The position numbers and the translations under genes were made by a program. Positions 9,055 to 17,356 of a stretch of DNA of 64,000 nucleotides are shown in pieces (the first letter of the stretch is position 1; each line of letters begins with the position of its first letter). Under the pieces are notes generated by a model. It did no database searches. It worked only from the letters and a program-made list of their open reading frames with translations, and was not told the DNA's origin. Source of the stretch: Candidatus Brocadiia bacterium (GTDB lineage Bacteria > Planctomycetota > MHYJ01 > JACQXL01 > JACQZI01); assembly GCA_020051675.1 (NCBI GenBank), contig JAGVQN010000085.1, positions 8,170-72,169 of the forward strand, written 5' to 3'.

Positions 9055-10902
9055 GTGAACAAGGAAAAGAAATCAGAAGTCGTTGCCGTTCGCGTTAACG
9101 GGGTAATCTTAGACCTTCCCAAAGGAACCGAATCTAAGCCTGCCGGCGGTTCAGCCCAGGAGATTACGCTTCAGATGCCTGAAGGACTGGAAATACTGCG
9201 CCACAGCACCTCGCACGTCATGGCGGATGCGGTCAAGCGGCTTTTCCCGAACGCCAAGCTGGCCATCGGCCCGTCTATTGAAAACGGGTTTTACTATGAT
9301 TTTGACGTGGATACACCCTTCTCTCCGGAAGACCTTGTGAAGATAGAAAAGGAAATGGAATCCATCGTAAAATCCAAAACCCCGTTCACCCGCAAAGAGG
9401 TTTCCCGCGACGAGGCGTTGAAGCTTATGGATAACAAGGGCGAGTTTTATAAAACCGAACTTATCAACGAACTGGGCGACCAGAAAATCACGCTATACCA
9501 GCACGGCGATTTCACGGATTTATGCCGCGGCCCGCATATTCCGGATACCGGTTATGTCAGGGCGTTCAAACTCCTTTCCGCCACCGGTGCTTACTGGCGC
9601 GGCAATGAAAAGAATAAAATGCTCCAGCGCATTTACGGAACGGTTTTCCCTTCCAAAAAAGAGCTGGATGATTACCTGAAACACCTTGAGGAAGTAAAGA
9701 AACGCGACCACCGGCGGCTGGGCAAAGACCTGGACCTTTTCAGCATCCAGTATGATGATGCCGGCCCGGGCCTCGTCTTCTGGCATCCCAAAGGCGCCAT
9801 GATACGCAAACTCATAGAGGATTTCTGGCGGGATGAACATCTTAAACACGGCTATGAATTAATCTACGCGCCCCATATCGCCAAAATCGGATTATGGAAA
9901 ACCTCCGGGCACTGGGAGTTTTATAAGGAAAATATGTATTCACCCATGGATATCGACGGGCAGGAATATATCTTGAAGCCGATGAACTGCCCGGGGCATA
10001 TCCTGGTTTATAAAACAAAGATAAGGAGCTACCGCGATTTGCCTATCCGCTGGGCAGAACTGGGCACGGTTTACCGCTACGAGCGTTCGGGCGTGCTCCA
10101 GGGCTTATTCCGCGTGCGCGGGTTTACACAGGATGACGCCCACCTCTTTTGCCGGTTTGACCAGCTGGATGATGAAATAAAAGGAGTGATAAATTTAGGG
10201 TTGCACATTTTCCGCTCTTTCGGCTTTTCCGATTTCAAGATGGTTCTTTCTACTAGGCCTACGGAGAAATACGTCGGCACCATCGAGCATTGGGATAAAG
10301 CCACGGCCGCTTTGAAGAAATCCATTGAAGAAATCGGCCTGCCCTATACGGTTGCCGAAGGCGAAGCCGTTTTTTACGGGCCCAAGGCGGATATACATAT
10401 AAGTGATTCGCTCGGGCGCGATTGGCAATGCTTTACCGTCCAGGTGGATTTCAACCTGCCGGAACGTTTTGATATGGTCTACACCGCGCAGAGCGGGACT
10501 CAGGAACGGCCGGTCATGCTGCACCGCGCCTTAATGGGCTCGCTGGAAAGATTCTTCGCCATATTGATTGAACACTACGGCGGCGCGTTTCCCATGTGGC
10601 TGGCGCCAACGCAGGTAATTATTCTCCCTGTGGCCGAAGCACAGCATAATTACGCCAACGAGGTAAAAGCCGCCCTGGTGAAAGCGGGAGTGAGGGCGCA
10701 GGCGGATTTGAGGAACGAACGCCTGAGCCAGCGCATCCGCGAGGCAACCAACCAGAAAATATCTTATATGCTCGTGGTCGGCGACAAGGAAGAGGCGGAT
10801 AAAACCGTCGCCGTGCGCGAGCGCACCAAAGGCGATTTAGGACAACTTAAATTAGAGGATTTTATTAATCAGATAAAAGATGCGGTTAGTAAAAGATTGT
10901 AG
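9055..10902 (+). CDS. thrS: Threonyl-tRNA synthetase.
   Basis: It has a TGS domain, a class II aaRS core (HRRLGKDLDLFS) and an anticodon-binding domain. The start is GTG. Confidence 0.95.
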   Translation: MNKEKKSEVVAVRVNGVILDLPKGTESKPAGGSAQEITLQMPEGLEILRHSTSHVMADAVKRLFPNAKLAIGPSIENGFYYDFDVDTPFSPEDLVKIEKEMESIVKSKTPFTRKEVSRDEALKLMDNKGEFYKTELINELGDQKITLYQHGDFTDLCRGPHIPDTGYVRAFKLLSATGAYWRGNEKNKMLQRIYGTVFPSKKELDDYLKHLEEVKKRDHRRLGKDLDLFSIQYDDAGPGLVFWHPKGAMIRKLIEDFWRDEHLKHGYELIYAPHIAKIGLWKTSGHWEFYKENMYSPMDIDGQEYILKPMNCPGHILVYKTKIRSYRDLPIRWAELGTVYRYERSGVLQGLFRVRGFTQDDAHLFCRFDQLDDEIKGVINLGLHIFRSFGFSDFKMVLSTRPTEKYVGTIEHWDKATAALKKSIEEIGLPYTVAEGEAVFYGPKADIHISDSLGRDWQCFTVQVDFNLPERFDMVYTAQSGTQERPVMLHRALMGSLERFFAILIEHYGGAFPMWLAPTQVIILPVAEAQHNYANEVKAALVKAGVRAQADLRNERLSQRIREATNQKISYMLVVGDKEEADKTVAVRERTKGDLGQLKLEDFINQIKDAVSKRL

Positions 10903-10925
10903 ATTTTGGATGGTAGATTGTAGAG
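10893..10925 (+). repeat. Heptamer array (TAGATTG TAGATTT ... TAGATTG) overlapping the last codons of thrS. It is inverted relative to the array at 11341-11368.
   Basis: Direct reading of the sequence. Confidence 0.7.
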
Positions 10926-10937
10926 AGGGATAAGAAA

Positions 10938-11333
10938 ATGGACGAAGGATATAAGAAGCTAAAGATATATAAAATTGCGCATGATTTAGGCGTCAAAATA
11001 CACAAGATGTCATTAAGTTTACCTAAAATAGAAACCTTTGAAGAAGGCAGCCAGATACGAAGGTCGTCAAAATCGGTTTCCGCTAATATTGTGGAAGGGT
11101 ATGGTTTAAGAAAATACAAAAACGAATATATTCATTTTCTCTACCGTTCTTATGCCTCAAGCGTAGAAACCGTTGAACACCTGGAATATCTTTATGAAAC
11201 AAAATCATTGAATGATGAAAAGGTTTTTAAGGAGTTATTAAATAGCTATCAGGAATTAAACAGGATGCTTTTCGGGTTTATAAATGCCGTGGAAAAACAG
11301 CATAAAATGCCGGCATATATAGGCGATGAATAA
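10938..11333 (+). CDS. Four-helix-bundle protein (23S rRNA intervening-sequence protein / Avd-like family).
   Basis: A family-typical sequence is present (YKIAHDLGVKIHKM...SANIVEGYG...SVETVEHLEY). The gene has strikingly low GC relative to its flanks. Confidence 0.85.
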   Translation: MDEGYKKLKIYKIAHDLGVKIHKMSLSLPKIETFEEGSQIRRSSKSVSANIVEGYGLRKYKNEYIHFLYRSYASSVETVEHLEYLYETKSLNDEKVFKELLNSYQELNRMLFGFINAVEKQHKMPAYIGDE

Positions 11334-11340
11334 TTTACTG

Positions 11341-11368
11341 CAATCTAAAATCTATAATCTACAATCTA
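11341..11368 (+). repeat. Four tandem heptamers (CAATCTA AAATCTA TAATCTA CAATCTA). They are the reverse complement of the upstream TAGATTN array.
   Basis: Direct reading of the sequence. Confidence 0.7.
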
Positions 11369-11387
11369 ATCCCGCCAGGCGGGATTA
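11367..11387 (+). terminator. Hairpin TAATCCCGC-cag-GCGGGATTA after the four-helix-bundle gene.
   Basis: A perfect 9-bp stem. It has no strong T-run, so it could be a terminator or a processing site. Confidence 0.4.
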
Positions 11388-11409
11388 GGAAAGAAAGGAG
11401 GGATGAGCT

Positions 11410-11916
11410 ATTCCAGAATTAAGGATTAACGAAAGGATACGGATAAAAACCGTCCGGCTTATTGACGAAAACGGGGTTCAGTTAGGCGTTATTTCCACGG
11501 ACGACGCCCGCAAAATGGCGCGTGAAAGAGGGTATGATTTGGTGGAGGTTTCTCCCACAGCCGCCCCGCCGGTCTGCCGGATACTGGATTACGGAAAATA
11601 TAAATATGCCGAGCATAAAAAGCTTCAGCAGGCGAAAAAGAAACAGCATAGGATGCAGATAAAAGAAATCAGGCTCCATCCGAGAACCGAAGAGCATGAT
11701 TTTATGGTGAAGCTTAATCACACTAAGGAATTCCTTAAAAAAGGAGATAAGGTCATTGTTTGCATGGTGTTCCGAGGCAGGGAAATGGCGCACCGCGAGT
11801 TGGGCGATAAATTAATGGATCGGTTTATCAAAGAAACCGTTAATGTCGGCAAAATTGATACGCCGATAACCAGGCGCGGCTCCAGGTTTTCCATGATGTT
11901 GGCCCCGTTAAAGTAA
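11410..11916 (+). CDS. infC: Translation initiation factor IF-3 with a non-canonical AUU start.
   Basis: The in-frame N-terminus IPELRINERIRIKTVRLIDENGVQLGV matches IF-3 N-terminal domains. The frame opens after TGA 11404-11406 with no ATG before the conserved region. A Shine-Dalgarno AAGGAGG lies 8 nt upstream of ATT 11410. The ORF track started at the internal ATG 11515. Confidence 0.85.
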   Translation: MPELRINERIRIKTVRLIDENGVQLGVISTDDARKMARERGYDLVEVSPTAAPPVCRILDYGKYKYAEHKKLQQAKKKQHRMQIKEIRLHPRTEEHDFMVKLNHTKEFLKKGDKVIVCMVFRGREMAHRELGDKLMDRFIKETVNVGKIDTPITRRGSRFSMMLAPLK

Positions 11917-12084
11917 AGTGATATATTAGATGAATAAAGTCCCCCTTTCCCGCCGAAGCGGGATCCCGAGGGCAACTTCTTTGGGTTATCCATCGGGAAA
12001 CAAAGGGGAGTTGTTTTGGATGGCTAAATAATTACAAAATAAAAGTATTGTATCTGCCGAAAGGCAAGAAAGAGAAAAAGAATT

Positions 12085-12285
12085 ATGCCTAAAATGAAAT
12101 CATGCAAGTCCATTGCCAAGCGGGTCCGAGTGACCAAAAGCGGCAAGGTAAAGCGTTTCGGCATGGGCAAGCGCCATATGCTCTCCTCTAAAAACGGCAA
12201 CTGGCGGAGGAAGAAAAGATTGGGCACTTTTATTAATAAGGTGGATGAGAAGAAAATCCGCACCGCGCTGGCTAATTACAGGTAA
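12085..12285 (+). CDS. rpmI: 50S ribosomal protein L35.
   Basis: MPKMKSCKSIAKRVRVTKSGK... Confidence 0.95.
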   Translation: MPKMKSCKSIAKRVRVTKSGKVKRFGMGKRHMLSSKNGNWRRKKRLGTFINKVDEKKIRTALANYR

Positions 12286-12630
12286 AACAAAAGGGGATTG
12301 CCCCGCTGGCAAGGCGGCGTCGGGGTGGAGCTTCACTTGTCCTGTTAAACTCTTCTGTCTTTAGCGATTCTTACCGGGCCTATCCGGAATCAGGAATCCG
12401 GACCAGTAAATGTATTCTTCTTTGGGCAATCCTTGGTAGTCCTTGTGTTCAATAGCCAGTGCCGAATGCCCGTCCGGCGTGATGACCTTGCGATAGCGCA
12501 GGTTGGCAAACCACAATATATCAGGATGCAGTTTCCTTACGGAATAGAATTAGTGTAATTTCGGGACGAAGGATGGTTGGCTTAGGATAAATTCCGCTTA
12601 AGATACCCTACGCTCTTGGCGCAGGGAGCT

Positions 12631-14205
12631 TCATTGCAATGGCGGTTTTTCGATGCCCAGCTGTTTCATCTTGGCGGAAAGGTTGGGCCTGAGCATCTTC
12701 AGATACTCGGCGGCTTTGGTGATGTTCCAGCCGTTTTCCTCAAGCGCCCGGGTGATAATGTGCTTTTCTATTTCCTTCCTGCCTTCCTTCAGTATCTTGG
12801 ATTGGGTCAGGCTTTCCCCGGCCGCGCCGGCGATGGATATCTTTGTCGTGGTGTTGAGTATATGGGGCGAGATATCCTGCGCCTTCAACGTCTCATCGCA
12901 CAGGACGGTCATCCGCTTAATCTCGTTTTCCAGCTCGCGCACGTTGCCGGGCCAGTTATAGGAAATAAATATCTTCAGCGCCTCTTTATCGAGCTCTTTC
13001 CTTGCGGAATTAGTCTCCTTGGCAATCTTATCCAGGAAGTGGCTTGCCAATAGCGGGATATCATCTTTTCGCTCCTTTAAAGGAGGAAGGGTAATCGGTA
13101 TTACATTCAGCCGGTAGAAAAGGTCTTCGCGGAATTTCTTCTGCTGGACGAGTTCGCGGATATCCTTGTTGCTCGCGGTTACCAGGCGCACATCCACCTT
13201 GATAATATCTTTTCCGCCGATTGGCCTCAGTTCACCTTCCTGTATGACGCGCAGTAGTTTCTTCTGCATCTCCGGGCTCATATCGGCGATTTCATCCAGG
13301 AAAAGGGTTCCCTTATCAGCCAGCGCGAAAAGCCCTTTCCGGTCCTGGTTGGCGCCTGTAAAAGCGCCTTTGGCATATCCGAAAAGCTCGGCTTCCAGGA
13401 GCGATTCCGGAATCGCCGTGCAATTCTGCGAAAGGAATTTTTCCCCGGCGCGCGGCCCGTTAAAGTGTATCGCCCGGGCGATGAGCTCCTTCCCGGTGCC
13501 GCTTTCGCCCTGTATCAAAACCGCGAAAGAGGTGTCCTTGGCCTTTTCCAGCAGGCGGTAGATTTCCTGCATCTTCGGGCTCTGGCCGATGATATTGCCG
13601 TATTGATATTTTACCTGCAGTTCTTTTTCTATCGTTTCCAGCTTGTCACTCAGTTGTTTATTCAAGAGATGTATTTCAGCGCGCTGGGCGGCGTTTCTGA
13701 TGGCAATCGTCGCGTAAGAGGCAAACGCCTCGACGAGATTAACATCGTAATCCGAGAAGGTTTCGGATTTATTGGGCGCTTCTATTTTATTCAACACTTC
13801 AATCACGCCTATCAAATCGCCTTCCGGGGTGATAAGCGGGGTGGAAAGTATATTACGCGTCTTGTAGCCGGTCATCTTATCTATCAACTGCATAAAGTGC
13901 GGGTCGTTGTATGTATCCGGGCAGATTACGCTTTTCTTTTCCTGGGCGGTGTGCCCGACGATCCCCTTGCCCATCGGGACGGTTATCTTGATATCGGATT
14001 TCTGGGCAATCCGGCTTTCCATCTGGTTGGTTTCCGGGTTATACATAAATAAGGAACTGCGTTCGGCCTTCAGCACCTCGGTCGCCTTATCCAGGATAAA
14101 ATTAAGCAGTTTGTCCATATTGGGTTCTGCGACCATTGCCTTGGAAATATCAATGAGTGAAATCAGGTCTTCGGAGCGGAGCGTTGATTTAATGTCAGGA
14201 GGCAT
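12631..14205 (-). CDS. Sigma54-dependent transcriptional activator (bacterial enhancer-binding protein) with an N-terminal GAF domain.
   Basis: A GAF domain is followed by an AAA+ sigma54-interaction domain (GESGTGKE Walker A, GAFTGA motif) and a C-terminal Fis-type HTH. Confidence 0.9.
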   Translation of the reverse strand: MPPDIKSTLRSEDLISLIDISKAMVAEPNMDKLLNFILDKATEVLKAERSSLFMYNPETNQMESRIAQKSDIKITVPMGKGIVGHTAQEKKSVICPDTYNDPHFMQLIDKMTGYKTRNILSTPLITPEGDLIGVIEVLNKIEAPNKSETFSDYDVNLVEAFASYATIAIRNAAQRAEIHLLNKQLSDKLETIEKELQVKYQYGNIIGQSPKMQEIYRLLEKAKDTSFAVLIQGESGTGKELIARAIHFNGPRAGEKFLSQNCTAIPESLLEAELFGYAKGAFTGANQDRKGLFALADKGTLFLDEIADMSPEMQKKLLRVIQEGELRPIGGKDIIKVDVRLVTASNKDIRELVQQKKFREDLFYRLNVIPITLPPLKERKDDIPLLASHFLDKIAKETNSARKELDKEALKIFISYNWPGNVRELENEIKRMTVLCDETLKAQDISPHILNTTTKISIAGAAGESLTQSKILKEGRKEIEKHIITRALEENGWNITKAAEYLKMLRPNLSAKMKQLGIEKPPLQ

Positions 14206-14222
14206 ATATAATGTTGCTTAAA

Positions 14223-14246
14223 AGGTTACCCCGCTTTGCGGGGTTA
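14223..14246 (-). terminator. Palindromic element GGTTACCCCGCTTTGCGGGGTTAC. It acts as a terminator-like hairpin after the M16 gene and is a member of the GTTACC repeat family.
   Basis: It is the reverse complement of the element at 17297-17319, differing by 1 mismatch. A second related hairpin lies at 14263-14293. Confidence 0.55.
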
Positions 14247-14323
14247 CAAGAGGTTATAAGAAGTTACCGCCCTTGCCTGTTGGCGGGGTAACCTTCTGTA
14301 ACATCCTGCAACTCGTTTTCCCT

Positions 14324-15613
14324 CTACTTTGCCAAGAAGTACACCGTGTCCAGCTTTATCTTATCCGCCATGCGGATAACGTCTTTCTTGGTAACCGATC
14401 GTAACTTTTCCCTTAGTGTTTCCAGAGAATCCGTCCGCTGGTTGATAAGTTGTTCCAGCGTATACCCTATATAAGAAAACGGCATGTCGCGGATGGTTTT
14501 ATAACGGTCGTCAATGGACTTAATGGTTGCAGACATCTCATCGTCAGAGACGTTGCCTTTTTTGATCTCGTTAACCTGTTCCTTGATGATATTGACCGCC
14601 GGCTCGAATTTATCCGCCCCGATGCCCGCCTGGACGAACATCAAACCCTTATTGCGTTCCAGAGACGAAGAGGCGTAATAAGCCAGTCCCGCTTTCTCGC
14701 GGACATTCAGGAATAGTTTGGAATGGGGGAACGCACCGAGCACCCCGTTAAATATCATCATCGGGAAAACATCCTCGTCGCTCCAGGTGGTGTAGGTGCG
14801 GAAGCCCATGACCAGTTTGGCCTGCTCGGAATCTTCCGCCTTTTCCCGGACGATATTTTCCTTGTCAACCTTTTTATTGACGAATGTCGCCGGCACTTCG
14901 GCGATTGTTTTGTCGCGCTTTACGGAAAATATCCGCCGAACGGATTTTTCTATCTTATCCGGGCTGAACGTTCCGTGGATAAAAATATCTATCGGATATT
15001 TATAAATAACCGCTTGGAGCCGCTTCAATAGCGCCTCGCCGTTCAGACAATCGATATCCTCGATTCTTCCTTCATCATAGATGCGGTAAGGCTCGGAGTG
15101 GCACATTTCCTCCACGCAGCGTTGGTGGGCGTAGGCGATTTTGTTATCCTTCAGCCCGCTTATTTCATTCCGGAGGTTGCGCTTTTCCTGCGCCACGTAA
15201 TCCGCCGGAAGCCCTTTATTCTTTACCAGTGGCTCGGCAAGAAGCCTTTTTAAGAATGCCAACCCGTTTTCCAAGACATGCGCCTTTTCCGGCAGGAACC
15301 GGTCAGCCACGCCTTCAAAGTGGAATTCCAAAAGGTGGCGTTCTCCGATTTTACTGACATCGCTCCCGAAGCTTGCCCCGTAAAGCGAATCGAGATACGC
15401 CACGATTTTTCGCATGTTCGGATATTTCCTGCACCCGCGCAGAAGAACGCTGGTCAAGAGGGAATTAGCGGTAACGTTTTCATCCAGCGGGGTGTGGATA
15501 AAGAGCTTTAGGTAAACAGTTTTAAACTGGTCTGTCGGGCACAGGTACAGGTTAATCCCCGAACCAAGACTTACTTTGCTGAATGAGCGTATTTCTTTTT
15601 CCATGGTTTTCAT
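14324..15613 (-). CDS. M16 (pitrilysin/insulinase) family peptidase-like protein, possibly non-catalytic.
   Basis: The length and fold-typical N-terminus match the M16 family, but no canonical HxxEH was seen (HLLEF is present instead). The likely start is MKTMEKE. The ORF track extends to 15661. Confidence 0.55.
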   Translation of the reverse strand: MKTMEKEIRSFSKVSLGSGINLYLCPTDQFKTVYLKLFIHTPLDENVTANSLLTSVLLRGCRKYPNMRKIVAYLDSLYGASFGSDVSKIGERHLLEFHFEGVADRFLPEKAHVLENGLAFLKRLLAEPLVKNKGLPADYVAQEKRNLRNEISGLKDNKIAYAHQRCVEEMCHSEPYRIYDEGRIEDIDCLNGEALLKRLQAVIYKYPIDIFIHGTFSPDKIEKSVRRIFSVKRDKTIAEVPATFVNKKVDKENIVREKAEDSEQAKLVMGFRTYTTWSDEDVFPMMIFNGVLGAFPHSKLFLNVREKAGLAYYASSSLERNKGLMFVQAGIGADKFEPAVNIIKEQVNEIKKGNVSDDEMSATIKSIDDRYKTIRDMPFSYIGYTLEQLINQRTDSLETLREKLRSVTKKDVIRMADKIKLDTVYFLAK

Positions 15614-15690
15614 GCCATAACTATAACACCTGGCAATGGAAATGCAAGAAAATCCCGACATAGGGTGTCGGGATAACTTTTCGCAGTGGT

Positions 15691-15706
15691 TAGGGCTATA
15701 GCCCTA
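15691..15706. promoter_or_regulatory. Perfect 16-bp palindrome TAGGGCTATAGCCCTA in the divergent intergenic region.
   Basis: Direct reading. It is a candidate operator. Confidence 0.4.
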
Positions 15707-15865
15707 TACCATCAAAATAGTTATGATGTTTGGGAAAAGGCAACAGAACGTTAGGGTATCAGAATACCAGGTTGCCGGAGCATTAGATTTTTAATCACAT
15801 CTGATAATCTGATGAACTGATACACTGATATTCTTTGTCCGTCAGGACTATGTTGATTGTTTTTA

Positions 15866-15894
15866 TTGACAACCTGATATATGTAAATTAAAAT
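15866..15894 (+). promoter_or_regulatory. Sigma70-type promoter for the dehydratase operon.
   Basis: TTGACA, then a 17-nt spacer, then TAAAAT. Confidence 0.4.
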
Positions 15895-15930
15895 CATTGT
15901 CCTACATGTATTTTAGATTAGGAGCAAAAT

Positions 15931-17235
15931 ATGAACAAATATCCGACCGAGCAATTGAAATCATGGGATAAGGCAAAAGAAATCAGGACAAATTATTACA
16001 AGAATTACGCTAAAGCGCATGATAAAGGCGGCCTCAGGTGGGCAGGCGGCGCCTGGTCCTTCGGCGCGATTCCGGCGGGATTGGGAGATGATGTCTACCC
16101 GATAACCGGAGAGCCTTACGGCGCATCAATCGCCTGGAACAAGGATTTCGCCGTCCGTTGCCAGGAAGCCACGGAAAAATACGGGTTCGCCCGTGACCTT
16201 TGCTCCTACATGCGCAGTTATTGGGGCTCGATATTGTTGGATGAATACGCCTTCGGCGGAAAATTCCCCAAGCCCGATTTTATGTGGCAGGACCATATCT
16301 GCTGCAGCCATGCCAAATGGTACCAGGTGGCCAGCGACCTGGAAGGCGGCATCCCGACATTCTGCGTTGATGTTGCGGTCGGTCCGGAAAATGCCGTAAC
16401 GGAAAACAGGCTTAATTACGTGGTTAACCAGATGCATGAAGGCATCGCCTTCCTGGAAAAAACCACCAAGCGCAAATATAACGATGAAAAACTAATCGAT
16501 GCGGTTTATAACGAATGCCGGGCGACCTCCGCCTGGGCGGAAGTATGCGTCTTGAATAAAACCGTGCCGGCTCCGCTGGATGAAAAGACCATGTATTCAT
16601 TATATGTATTAGGCACATTGATGAAACACCACAAAATAGTGGCGGATTATTATGAAGAACTGCGGGACGAGGTAAAAGACCGCGTGAAACGGGGCATCGC
16701 CGCCGTTCCGAACGAGCGTTGCCGGGTGATGAGCGATACCCAGCCGCCTTGGGCGTTCCTCAAGGTATTCAGGTATCTGGAAAAGTTCGGCTGCGTCTCC
16801 ATCGGCTCGCTTTATACCTTCGGGCTTATCGGCCTCTGGGAAGAAAAACCGGACGGCACTTGGGGCGCCAAGACCACTCCCCAGCAAAAAGGCATCAAGA
16901 TAAAGACGCGTGACCAGGCTTTAAGGATTCTGGCTGAATGGAATCTTGCCAAGCCGGAATGGCAGCATTTCTATTCGCCGGCATTAAAGAGCGATATGAT
17001 GATACGCATCGCCAAGGAATGGAAGCTTAACGGCGTAATGTTACATTATAATAGGGGCTGTGAAGGCTTATCACTTGGTATTGCTGAAAATAGATTAGCC
17101 CTGCAAAAAGCCGGATTCCCGGTAATGACCTTTGAAGGCAACATGGGCGATGAAAGGGAATTCGACGAAGCGCGCACCATGACCAGAATCGATACATTCA
17201 TGGAAACATTGAACCTAAAGAAACTGGAGGACTGA
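15931..17235 (+). CDS. 2-hydroxyacyl-CoA dehydratase / benzoyl-CoA reductase (HgdB/BcrC/BadD) family subunit.
   Basis: The size and sequence pattern are family-typical, and the gene is paired with an activase gene downstream. Confidence 0.65.
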   Translation: MNKYPTEQLKSWDKAKEIRTNYYKNYAKAHDKGGLRWAGGAWSFGAIPAGLGDDVYPITGEPYGASIAWNKDFAVRCQEATEKYGFARDLCSYMRSYWGSILLDEYAFGGKFPKPDFMWQDHICCSHAKWYQVASDLEGGIPTFCVDVAVGPENAVTENRLNYVVNQMHEGIAFLEKTTKRKYNDEKLIDAVYNECRATSAWAEVCVLNKTVPAPLDEKTMYSLYVLGTLMKHHKIVADYYEELRDEVKDRVKRGIAAVPNERCRVMSDTQPPWAFLKVFRYLEKFGCVSIGSLYTFGLIGLWEEKPDGTWGAKTTPQQKGIKIKTRDQALRILAEWNLAKPEWQHFYSPALKSDMMIRIAKEWKLNGVMLHYNRGCEGLSLGIAENRLALQKAGFPVMTFEGNMGDEREFDEARTMTRIDTFMETLNLKKLED

Positions 17236-17296
17236 GGAGTTGCAGAAGATTACAAAGATGTTACATAATGTTACAGTAACCTTTTGTAACTTATAG

Positions 17297-17319
17297 TAAC
17301 CCCGCAAAGCGGGGTACCC
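17297..17319 (+). terminator. Palindromic element GTAACCCCGCAAAGCGGGGTACC. It acts as a terminator-like hairpin and belongs to the GTTACC repeat family.
   Basis: It is preceded by GTTAC-rich repeats at 17259-17296. Confidence 0.5.
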
Positions 17320-17356
17320 TTATTAGGTAACATTTTATTTCACGAAAGGAGCAAAC

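Noticed and set aside
13465-14052. Plus-strand ORFs antisense to the sigma54 activator gene.
   Set aside because: Spurious antisense ORFs inside a confidently assigned gene.
15630-15646. A second sigma54-like element, TGGCAAtggaaATGCAA, with correct GG-N10-GC spacing, pointing toward the dehydratase operon.
   Set aside because: The -12 region is ATGCA rather than TTGCA, and it lies ~270 nt from the ATG, inside the divergent M16 coding start. A good sigma70 promoter exists closer. It is kept only as a weak possibility.
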